Part shown: piece by piece, positions 54,688-62,703 of the stretch
Position numbering within the stretch: the stretch's first letter is position 1
Layout: each line of letters starts with the position of its first letter
Origin: Aggregatilineales bacterium
Lineage (GTDB): Bacteria > Chloroflexota > Anaerolineae > Aggregatilineales > Ch27
NCBI GenBank assembly: GCA_029976005.1
Contig: JARKOQ010000218.1
Coordinates: forward strand, 66,602-130,601
Direction: 5' to 3'
Length of the DNA stretch: 64,000 nt
The notes under the pieces: model-generated
The model's input: only the letters and a program-made list of their open reading frames with translations
Database searches by the model: none
Told to the model about the DNA's origin: nothing
Made by a program: the position numbers and the translations under genes

Positions 54688-54715
54688 GAAAAAAACGCCC
54701 GTCTTCTGACGGGCG
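54688..54715 (-). terminator. Rho-independent terminator of ribF
   Basis: Minus strand reads CGCCCGTC-AGAA-GACGGGCG followed by TTTTTTTC. Confidence 0.75.
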
Positions 54716-54753
54716 CGTCGTTCGCAATCAGCAGGATAGGGCTTCAGGGCCGG

Positions 54754-55653
54754 TCACTTCTGCCGGACGGCTTCGCCCAGCAGTTGGCGGCCCCGCGTCA
54801 CGTCCGCGTCGATCTGGGCCACCAGTTCGTCGATGCCGCCGAAACGCTTCTCCGGACGGAGACGCTCCACGAATGCCAGCCGGACGCGCCTGCCGTAGAT
54901 ATCCCCCTCGAAATCGAGCAGGTGGGCTTCCAGCTTTAACTGCGCGCCGTCGAAGGTAGGCTGAATCCCGATGTTGGTCAGCGCCATATAGCGACGGTCG
55001 TCAAGATAGGCCCATCCGGCATATACACCGTTGGCCGGCAGAATCTGCTGATCCCAGGTCTTGATGTTGGCCGTCGGGAAGCCGATGGTGCGGCCCCGGT
55101 GATCGCCGTGTACCACTTCCCCGGACACGCTGTAGAGACGTCCGAGCAGAGTCGCGGCCAGCGCCACGTCGCCGGTCGCCAGAATCTCGCGCAACCGGGT
55201 GCTGGAAATCACCCGGCCCTGGGCGCTGCTTTCCAGGCTGACCGCCTCCACCGTGTACCCCCGGCTCCGGCCAAGCTCGGTGAGGTAAGCCACATCGCCT
55301 TCGCGCTTGTAGCCGAGGGCAAAATCCACACCGACCCACAGGGCGGTCATGCGCAGGTGCTCGATCAGGTTGTCCACGAATGTCGCCGCGCGAATGTGCC
55401 GGACTTCCTCGGTGAAAGGCTGGCTGACCACCAGATCGATCCCGCGAGCCAGCAGCAGGTCGGCGCGTTCCTCCGGCGTTGTGAGGTAATAACGGCCAGT
55501 CACGCCTTTGATCAGAATATCCGGATGAGGGAAAAACGCGACCGCGACCGCCATCTGATTGGTCGCCCGCGCCTCACGAACCAGTCGATCCACGAGGTAC
55601 TGGTGGCCGACGTGAACGCCATCATAGACGCCAATCGTCACGATGGAGGACAT
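54754..55653 (-). CDS. ribF: Bifunctional riboflavin kinase / FMN adenylyltransferase
   Basis: 299 aa from MSSIVTIGVYDGVHVGHQYL. C-terminal kinase motifs are GDHRGRTIGFPTAN and LEAHLLDF. Confidence 0.93.
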   Translation of the reverse strand: MSSIVTIGVYDGVHVGHQYLVDRLVREARATNQMAVAVAFFPHPDILIKGVTGRYYLTTPEERADLLLARGIDLVVSQPFTEEVRHIRAATFVDNLIEHLRMTALWVGVDFALGYKREGDVAYLTELGRSRGYTVEAVSLESSAQGRVISSTRLREILATGDVALAATLLGRLYSVSGEVVHGDHRGRTIGFPTANIKTWDQQILPANGVYAGWAYLDDRRYMALTNIGIQPTFDGAQLKLEAHLLDFEGDIYGRRVRLAFVERLRPEKRFGGIDELVAQIDADVTRGRQLLGEAVRQK

Positions 55654-55720
55654 CGTCAGGTGAACCTCAGTCAGAGTGTTGATATGGCCGAGCAAACAGG
55701 TCCTCCACATCGGAAACTCG

Positions 55721-55740
55721 GTGCGCCCGCGCGGGCGCAC
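55721..55740. repeat. 20-nt perfect GC-rich palindrome GTGCGCCCGCGCGGGCGCAC
   Basis: Read directly from the sequence. It lies in the 354-nt truB-ribF spacer, 68 nt upstream of the ribF ATG. Function unknown. Confidence 0.9.
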
Positions 55741-56007
55741 CCCCATACCATCCACACTTCGCCAGAAAGATCTGGCGGGAAGAAAACCCGCCTGACCATA
55801 CCCCAGTTCACAGCAGGATTCAATGAGTTACCGGCGCTTTGGCAGGGCCGCATCAAACTCCAGAAGCGCCTCTTCCCGGAATTTCCTCCAGGTCGTGGTT
55901 TTCTCCACGTTTTTCCCCTGTAGTTTTGCGCATGCTGCGGTTCGCCGTGTCTGAATTGACCACCCTGGGCACTTCCCCCAGAGCGCATACATCAAATCTG
56001 GGCGGGG

Positions 56008-56901
56008 TCAGTCTTCCGGCGGAAAGACCTTGAGCGGCCACCACGCGCCATCTCTGAACTGCACCAGGGCCACCAGGCCGCCATCCGGCCCATGCGCGCG
56101 GGCGGTTCCCTCGCCGCCGCCAGCCGCCGCGACCGGATTACCATTCTGCATGCGCCGGACGTCCTCGTCCTCAACGTTCACCACCGGCCAATCCACCACC
56201 GCCAGTTCAGGCGGCAGCACAAACTGGCGCCAATTCCCCGCGACCAACGCATCGCGCAGGGTATCCAGCGGTACGGCCGCCTCGCGTCTGAATCCACCGC
56301 TGGCTTCACGGACGAGGCCGCTCAAATAGCCGCCAACTCCCAACGCCTGACCCAGGTCATGGGCCAGACTGCGAATGTACGTTCCGGGTGAGCATCTCAC
56401 GTCGAGCGTGATCTGAGGCAAATCAACCGCAGCCAGGCGCAGATCGTGGATCGTCACCGGCCGGGCTTCGCGCTCGACCTCCTGGCCGGCGCGCGCCATC
56501 TTATACAGCCGGCGGCCGCCTTGCTTGATCGCACTGTACATGGGGGGAATCTGCTGAATCTCGCCCCGAAAATCGGAGAGCGCAGCTTCGATCCGGGAGG
56601 CGTCTAGCGTCCCCAGGTCGTGCCGCGCGGTGATCTCACCCTCGGTGTCGTAGGTGCTGGTGGTCGCCCCCAGGCAGATCGTCGCCCGGTAGCGCTTAGG
56701 CGACAGCATGACGTATTCGCTCAGGCGGGTGGCCGGCCCCAGACACAGGACGAGCACCCCGCTGGCGATGGGATCCAGCGTGCCAGCGTGCCCCACCTTG
56801 CGAACGCGGCTGCCCCGCCGGACGATCTCGACGACGTCGTGGCTGGTCAGACCCGCAGGCTTGTCCACGTTGAGTAAGCCAAATGCCTGCTGGTCAGCCA
56901 A
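56008..56901 (-). CDS. truB: tRNA pseudouridine(55) synthase TruB
   Basis: 297 aa from TTG (LADQQAFGLLNVDKPAGLTSHD), with the catalytic GHAGTLDP. The start overlaps the nrnA stop by 8 nt; start choice is moderately certain. Confidence 0.9.
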   Translation of the reverse strand: MADQQAFGLLNVDKPAGLTSHDVVEIVRRGSRVRKVGHAGTLDPIASGVLVLCLGPATRLSEYVMLSPKRYRATICLGATTSTYDTEGEITARHDLGTLDASRIEAALSDFRGEIQQIPPMYSAIKQGGRRLYKMARAGQEVEREARPVTIHDLRLAAVDLPQITLDVRCSPGTYIRSLAHDLGQALGVGGYLSGLVREASGGFRREAAVPLDTLRDALVAGNWRQFVLPPELAVVDWPVVNVEDEDVRRMQNGNPVAAAGGGEGTARAHGPDGGLVALVQFRDGAWWPLKVFPPED

Positions 56902-57871
56902 CCGCCCGTTCTCCCTTTGCCGCCTGCTTGAGCAGCGGCAGCGCCCGCCCAATCGCAACATCCAGCGGCCCGTCGATCGTCGCGCCGGAAGCCAGGACGT
57001 GTCCCCCGCCGCCCAGCGCCACCGCCACGCGTCCCACGTCGAAACCGGGCTTGGCGCGGAAACCCATCTCGATCCGGCCGTCGTCCTTCTCCCGAAAGAC
57101 TGCCGCGACCGGGGCTTCCTCCGCCGTGACCAGGAAGCTGACCAGGCCCGCATCGCCGTTGTCCGTGGCCTGCACACGGTCGCGCGTCTGCCGATCGATC
57201 GCCGCCCAGATCACGCCTTCTTCCATCTGGACGGTGTGAAGGGTCTCCGCCCACAACCGCAAATCCGCGAACGGCTTGGTCAGCAGAGTCCGCTGCGTGA
57301 TCTCACTCAACGGCGCACCGGCTTCGACCAGGCGCTGGGCCTTGCCCAGCACGGCCGCCGTCACGCTGTCCGTGCGAAAGCACAGGGTATCGGTCACCAG
57401 ACCGGTCAGCAGACAGGTCGCGATCCGGGTATCCAGACAACCCCCCAGGCGCGGCAGCCAGTCCAGGATCAGTTCCGTTGAGGAGACGGTCGCCGGATCA
57501 ACCAGATTGGCCGTCCCAAACAGGGTATTGGACGCGTGGTGATCGAGGTTGATCAACGGCGCGCCGCTGGCGGACGCCGCCACGCCTGCCTGGCCCATCC
57601 GCCCCGCGTCACCGCAATCGACCGCGATCACCAGATCCGGCGTCACCTCGCCCAGCGCCGCCAGGACTTCTTCCGCCCCCGGCAGGAAGCGCAGGGCAGG
57701 CGGCACGCCGCCATCCACCGCCGGAGTTACCTGTCTGCCAAGCTGGCGCATAACCCACATCAGCCCGAGCAGCGATCCAATTGCATCGCCGTCCGGGCTG
57801 ACATGGGTCACGATGATCAGATTTTGGGCCGCCGCCAGAAGTTCGGCGGCCCGATCCCACTCAATCTTCAT
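56894..57871 (-). CDS. nrnA: DHH-family oligoribonuclease / pAp phosphatase NrnA
   Basis: 325 aa from MKIEWDRAAELL, with HVSPDGDAIGS, DHHASN and GGGH (DHHA1). Confidence 0.9.
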   Translation of the reverse strand: MKIEWDRAAELLAAAQNLIIVTHVSPDGDAIGSLLGLMWVMRQLGRQVTPAVDGGVPPALRFLPGAEEVLAALGEVTPDLVIAVDCGDAGRMGQAGVAASASGAPLINLDHHASNTLFGTANLVDPATVSSTELILDWLPRLGGCLDTRIATCLLTGLVTDTLCFRTDSVTAAVLGKAQRLVEAGAPLSEITQRTLLTKPFADLRLWAETLHTVQMEEGVIWAAIDRQTRDRVQATDNGDAGLVSFLVTAEEAPVAAVFREKDDGRIEMGFRAKPGFDVGRVAVALGGGGHVLASGATIDGPLDVAIGRALPLLKQAAKGERAVG

Positions 57872-58268
57872 CGAGCAAATCCTCAATCGAGAAGTCCAGG
57901 ATATCCTCCGGCTCCGGTTCAGCCTCCGGAATATCGAGACCGTCCAGAATCTGGTTGAGGCGCTCGCCATGCTCCAGGTTCAAATCCCAATGGAAGTGCA
58001 TATCGGGCGTCTGACGCAGGCGCACCCGCGCCGCCAGCGCTCGCCGCAGAAAGCCCTTGCTGCGATCCAGTCCGGCGATGACCTCTTTCTGGCGCGATTC
58101 ATCGCCCAGGGCATTCACGTACACGTCGGCGAACTGGAGTTCCTGATCGAGCTTGACTCGGGTCACCGTGACATTCCTCAAGCGTGGATCACGCACCTCC
58201 GACCGCAGCAGATCGCTGAGAATGCTGCGGATTCGCTCGGCCATGCGCTGTTGCTTGATCGACGACAT
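57861..58268 (-). CDS. rbfA: Ribosome-binding factor A
   Basis: 135 aa. RMAERIRSILSDLL...VTVTRVKLDQELQFADVYV is typical RbfA, with an acidic C-terminal tail. Confidence 0.92.
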   Translation of the reverse strand: MSSIKQQRMAERIRSILSDLLRSEVRDPRLRNVTVTRVKLDQELQFADVYVNALGDESRQKEVIAGLDRSKGFLRRALAARVRLRQTPDMHFHWDLNLEHGERLNQILDGLDIPEAEPEPEDILDFSIEDLLDED

Positions 58269-58282
58269 ACCCTCTACCTTGC

Positions 58283-60064
58283 CTAACTCACCCGCTGGCT
58301 GACGTAGAACTCCAGAATGTCACCCGGCTGGAAGTTTTCAAATCCAGAGAGGCTCACGCCGCATTCGTAGCCAGCCCGAACCTCACGGACGTCTTCCTCG
58401 AACCGCTTGAGCGAGCTGACGTTCCCGCCGGGGTAGATGATCTCCGATCCGCGCCGGACGCGCACCTGGGCATTCCGGCGGATCTCGCCATCCCGCACGA
58501 ACACCCCCGCGATCTTGCCGGCCCTCGGAATCTTGAAGACTTGGCGAATCTCGGCGGTGCCGATCACGACATCCTCATACACCGGCTCCAGCATGCCCTT
58601 CAGGGCCAGTTCGACGTCCTCGATGAGCTTGTAGATGATGTTGTACTGGCGGATATCGATGCCGTTGCTGTCCGCCATGTGGCGTGCCGCGTTGTCCGCC
58701 TGGACGCCGAACCCGATCACGATCGCGCCCGACGCGCTCGCCAGGTTGACGTCGTTCTCGGTGATGTTGCCGACTTCGGCATAAAGCACCTTGACGGCCA
58801 GATCGCCCACCCGCAGATCCTGGAGCGAGTTCACGATGGGTTCCAGCGACCCCTGTACGTCCGCTTTGACAATCAGGTTCAGTTCCTTGGCTTCGCCAGA
58901 TTCGAACCGCGCGAAGATATCGTCGAGGGTCACGGCCTGCGGCCCACGCCGGGCGGCTGTCGCCGCATTCTCCCGGCGCTCGCCCACCATGTCACGCGCC
59001 TGACGATCCTTGGCCACGACCTCGAACGAATCCCCAGGCTGCGGAGCCTCGTCCAGACCGATCACCGACACCGGACGCGACGGCTCGGCCTGCTTGATTT
59101 CCTTACCATTTTCGTCGAACATCGCGCGGATGCGGCCCATCGCCTGCCCGGCCACCACGATGTCGCCCTTGCGCAGCGTCCCGTTTTGGACCAGGAGGGT
59201 CGCCACGGGGCCACGCGCCTTTTCGATCCGGCCTTCAAGGACCGTGCCGGCGGCCTTGGCATCGGGGTTCGCCACGATGGTCAGGTCGTCCGTGATCAGG
59301 AGGATCGCTTCCAGAAGGTCTTCGATCCCGGTCTTTTCCCGCGCGGAAACGGGGATCACCAGGGTGTCGCCATCCCACTCATCCGGGATCAGGCCAACCT
59401 CGGCCAGACCCTGCTTCACGCGCTCCGGGTTGGCGTTCGGACGGTCGATCTTGTTCATGGCGACCACGATCGGCACGTTGGCCGCGCGGGCATGGGCGAT
59501 CGCTTCCTTGGTGGTGGGCATTACGCCGTCATCGGCGGCGACCACCAGCACGGCCACGTCCGCGCCCTGCGCGCCACGAGCACGCATGGCCGTGAAGGCC
59601 TCGTGACCTGGGGTATCCAGAAAGGTGATCTTGCGGCCCTGGAGCTCGACCTGGTAGGCGCCGATATGCTGGGTGATACCACCCGCTTCGCCTTCGGTCA
59701 CATGGGCGCTGCGGATCGCGTCGAGCAGCGAGGTTTTGCCGTGGTCGACGTGGCCCAGCACCGTCACGACCGGGGGACGTTTCTGCAGCTTCGTGGGGTC
59801 CTGACCGTCGTACAGATGCCGCCATTGAGGAAGGTCTTTCTCGTCGGCGGTTTTTTCCTGGACGGTCACGGGGCGAGCTTCGTAACCCAGCTCCTCGATC
59901 ACGATCGCGGCTGTATCGAAGTCGATCTGCTGGTTGATCGAAGCCATGATCCCATTACTGATGAGCTGTTTCATCACGTCAATGGGGCTGGATCCGATCA
60001 TCTGCGCCAGATCGCGCACGGTTACGAAGTCGGGGACTTCGATGATCTGTTTTTCTTTCGCCAT
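58283..60064 (-). CDS. infB: Translation initiation factor IF-2 (short form)
   Basis: 593 aa from MAKEKQ (GGAGGTG lies 5 nt upstream). G-domain motifs are [17 protein letters not shown] and NKID. Confidence 0.95.
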   Translation of the reverse strand: MAKEKQIIEVPDFVTVRDLAQMIGSSPIDVMKQLISNGIMASINQQIDFDTAAIVIEELGYEARPVTVQEKTADEKDLPQWRHLYDGQDPTKLQKRPPVVTVLGHVDHGKTSLLDAIRSAHVTEGEAGGITQHIGAYQVELQGRKITFLDTPGHEAFTAMRARGAQGADVAVLVVAADDGVMPTTKEAIAHARAANVPIVVAMNKIDRPNANPERVKQGLAEVGLIPDEWDGDTLVIPVSAREKTGIEDLLEAILLITDDLTIVANPDAKAAGTVLEGRIEKARGPVATLLVQNGTLRKGDIVVAGQAMGRIRAMFDENGKEIKQAEPSRPVSVIGLDEAPQPGDSFEVVAKDRQARDMVGERRENAATAARRGPQAVTLDDIFARFESGEAKELNLIVKADVQGSLEPIVNSLQDLRVGDLAVKVLYAEVGNITENDVNLASASGAIVIGFGVQADNAARHMADSNGIDIRQYNIIYKLIEDVELALKGMLEPVYEDVVIGTAEIRQVFKIPRAGKIAGVFVRDGEIRRNAQVRVRRGSEIIYPGGNVSSLKRFEEDVREVRAGYECGVSLSGFENFQPGDILEFYVSQRVS

Positions 60065-60207
60065 AAGCACCTCCATGCCATAACGCCCAGGCTATGGATG
60101 GATGGCTGACAGCGAGGCGTCGTGTCTTACATGTCAGGCCCCTTCATTGGTGGCTGTGCAGCTACCAATGTCCATCCCATATAGCCGATCGAAATCAGTA
60201 TGCTCGT

Positions 60208-60495
60208 TCATTTCGCCGGGCGTGAGCTGCGCAACCGATCGCAGTCTGCTTGTGTGAGCTGGACCCGCAGCGCGCGGGACAGCACATCCGTCGAAAGCGC
60301 CCGCTCCCAGCAGGCATCCGCACAACACAAGTATGCCCCACGCCCGTTCCGTTTTCCAGTGGGATCCACGATGACCCCCGCCTCCGGCGTATTCACAACC
60401 CGGATCAAGGCCCGCTTGTCCATCGTCTGGCGACAGACCACACAGGTACGCTGTGGCACATGCTTACGATGGCCGGGCGACTTGCCAGGGGGCAT
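60208..60495 (-). CDS. ylxR: YlxR/RnpM (DUF448) family protein
   Basis: 95 aa from MPPGKSPGHRKHVPQRTCVVCR...GRGAYLC. Canonical position between nusA and infB. Confidence 0.88.
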   Translation of the reverse strand: MPPGKSPGHRKHVPQRTCVVCRQTMDKRALIRVVNTPEAGVIVDPTGKRNGRGAYLCCADACWERALSTDVLSRALRVQLTQADCDRLRSSRPAK

Positions 60496-60520
60496 TGCAT
60501 GAACCTCCCTCACAACCCCG

Positions 60521-62476
60521 CTATTCTTCCTCGTCGTACTCGTAGAACGTCTGGCGCTTGCGGCTGCCCTTCCGCTTGCGCTTGGCGACCACCTTGCCGG
60601 CGTCCTCATCGAACACCAGCTCGCGGCGACGCTCCTTGGCCTTGCGATCCTTGTCCTTGTCGCGAAGATCGTCGTCAAACCCGGCATCTGGACTTACGAA
60701 GCCGAGGCCGACATGTGGAGTCACGTCCAATGCGGGTTCCGCGACCGGCTCAGGCTCGATCTCGACGAGCGGCGTGTAGACTTCCCGGACGACCTTCTTG
60801 GCCGGAACAGGTAGCTCAGGTTCGATGATCGCGGGCGGCGCCTCGACCTCGGCCTCGTCGGCCAGGGCCAACTCGGCTTCCTCGACAGCCGCCGTCTCCG
60901 CCACAGGCGCGACCGACGTCTCCACAACCTCCGGCTCAACCGCAACCGGCGCTTCTTCTTCCGCCGGAATCTGGACGGTCTCCAGCGCGGCCCGAACCAG
61001 GCCCAGCGCGTCGTCGACGGAGACTCGCTCCAGGGCGCTGGCGACCCGATTCTCGTCCAGGCGCATGTAGAGCATGACTTCGCCCACGCTCTCGAAGCGT
61101 CCGGTCAGCGCCTTGGTCAGCGGCGCGGGCAGGCCCAGGTTCTCCAGAGGCAACTCGAAAGCGCGCTCCGGCAGGGTCTTACGAATGCTCTTGATGTAAT
61201 CCTGATGTTTCTTGTTGACCCCGCGCCGCTCGGTGAGCAGCGCCTGCTCGGCCAGCCGGGCATACTGCGTCAGCGTCTGGAATTCCTCCGGCATCACCGG
61301 CCGGCCGCTATCGCGCTTGGCGAGGATACGCTTCACTTCGTCAAGCAGGTCGGCATTCTTGGCATTAAGCTGGGCCAGCGGTTTCGCCTCGCTGTCCGCG
61401 ATCGCCGACACAGCCGACTCGGTCACGCTCTTGATGTCGATCCGCCAGCCGGTCAGCTTGGCCGCCAGACGGGCGTTCTGACCTTCACGACCGATCGCCA
61501 GCGAAAGCTGGTCGTCCGGCACGATGACCGTCGCCGTGCCCATGCCGCCCCGGCCCGCATCCGCGAATTCATCCAGGTACACGCCGCTCACGCGAGCCGG
61601 ACTGAGGGCCTTGGTGATGAAGATCGCCGGATCCGCGTTCCATTCGATGACGTCGATCTTCTCGTCGCTCAGTTCGCGCACGATGTTCTGAATGCGGATG
61701 CCCCGCATCCCGACGCACGCCCCGACCGGGTCCACGCCATCCTGCAGCGCGGCCACGGCAACCTTGGAACGATACCCGGCCTCGCGGGCAATATTCTTGA
61801 TCTCGACCTGCCCATTGTAGATTTCGGGCACTTCGTATTCGAGCAGGCGGCGCAGCATGTTGCGGTGGCTGCGGCTGATGATGATCTGCGGCCCGCGATT
61901 GCCTTTCTTAACTTCCAGCAGGAAAGCGCGCACCTTGTCGTGCGGCTTGTACCGCTCGCCGGGCATCATATGGGCGCGCGGCAGCAGCGCCTCGGCCCGC
62001 CCCAGGCTGACCGTGACCCCCTGCTGGCTCACGCTCTGCACCGTGCCGGTGATCAGGTCCCCTTCGCGCTCGACGTATTCTGTATACAGGGACTCGCGCT
62101 CCGCCTCGCGGATTTTCTGGAGGATGATCTGCTTGGCGGTCTGCGCGGCGATCCGGCCGAATTTCCGCGCGGTATCCTCGATCGGAGCCATGACCGTCTC
62201 GCCAAGCTCCGCGCCGGGCGCGAACGTCAGCGCCTCATCGAGCGTGACCTCAGTACGCGGGTCATTGACGTCGGTCACGACCTCTTTTTCCACCAGCAGC
62301 GTCACCATGCCCGTGTTCAGGTCAATCTCGGCTTCGACACTCTGGGCCGAGCTGACGCTGACATCGCGCCGGTAGGCCGAGACGAGGGCCGTGCGCACCG
62401 CATCGATGATGACATCCCGGGGCAGCGCCCGTGCATCCGTAATTTCATTAATTGCCAGGACAAATTCGTTCTTCAT
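60521..62476 (-). CDS. nusA: Transcription termination/antitermination factor NusA with a long C-terminal extension
   Basis: 651 aa with NTD, S1 and KH1-KH2 (...GMRGIRIQNIVREL...GWRIDIKS). An HhH-like segment, an acidic P/E/A-rich stretch and a Lys/Arg-rich tail follow. Confidence 0.95.
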   Translation of the reverse strand: MKNEFVLAINEITDARALPRDVIIDAVRTALVSAYRRDVSVSSAQSVEAEIDLNTGMVTLLVEKEVVTDVNDPRTEVTLDEALTFAPGAELGETVMAPIEDTARKFGRIAAQTAKQIILQKIREAERESLYTEYVEREGDLITGTVQSVSQQGVTVSLGRAEALLPRAHMMPGERYKPHDKVRAFLLEVKKGNRGPQIIISRSHRNMLRRLLEYEVPEIYNGQVEIKNIAREAGYRSKVAVAALQDGVDPVGACVGMRGIRIQNIVRELSDEKIDVIEWNADPAIFITKALSPARVSGVYLDEFADAGRGGMGTATVIVPDDQLSLAIGREGQNARLAAKLTGWRIDIKSVTESAVSAIADSEAKPLAQLNAKNADLLDEVKRILAKRDSGRPVMPEEFQTLTQYARLAEQALLTERRGVNKKHQDYIKSIRKTLPERAFELPLENLGLPAPLTKALTGRFESVGEVMLYMRLDENRVASALERVSVDDALGLVRAALETVQIPAEEEAPVAVEPEVVETSVAPVAETAAVEEAELALADEAEVEAPPAIIEPELPVPAKKVVREVYTPLVEIEPEPVAEPALDVTPHVGLGFVSPDAGFDDDLRDKDKDRKAKERRRELVFDEDAGKVVAKRKRKGSRKRQTFYEYDEEE

Positions 62477-62567
62477 CCGGCTGGATCACTCCCACTTCAT
62501 GCGTACCGGTGAGGCCGGTGGCAGCCACTCGAATTCCGACCGATTGGCCATGCCGCCATACAACAAG

Positions 62568-62591
62568 AAAAGTGGGTTGAAACCCACTTTT
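62568..62591 (-). terminator. Terminator-type hairpin in the proS-nusA spacer (proS terminator and/or nusA leader attenuator)
   Basis: Minus strand reads AAAAGTGGGT-TTCA-ACCCACTTTT followed by CTTGTTG. It lies downstream of the promoter-like element at 62616-62644. Confidence 0.6.
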
Positions 62592-62615
62592 CGCAAAGGA
62601 GGCACTGCTAGCAAT

Positions 62616-62644
62616 AGTATACCATGCCGCTCCACATGATGCAA
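62616..62644 (-). promoter_or_regulatory. Near-consensus promoter TTGCAT-17-(TGG)TATACT upstream of nusA
   Basis: Minus strand has TTGCAT (62644-62639), a 17-nt spacer ending in TGG, and TATACT (62621-62616). Confidence 0.55.
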
Positions 62645-62703
62645 GAGACTTTCGGTTGGATTCGGCTCGCGAGCGCGCCGAATCTCCGGTCTGGACCGGC
62701 TGT

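Noticed and set aside
55671-55988. 105-aa minus-strand ORF filling the truB-ribF spacer
   Set aside because: There is no SD, GC3 is lower than in neighbouring genes, the composition is Gly/Arg/Trp-rich, and no family resemblance is visible. The region is treated as non-coding.
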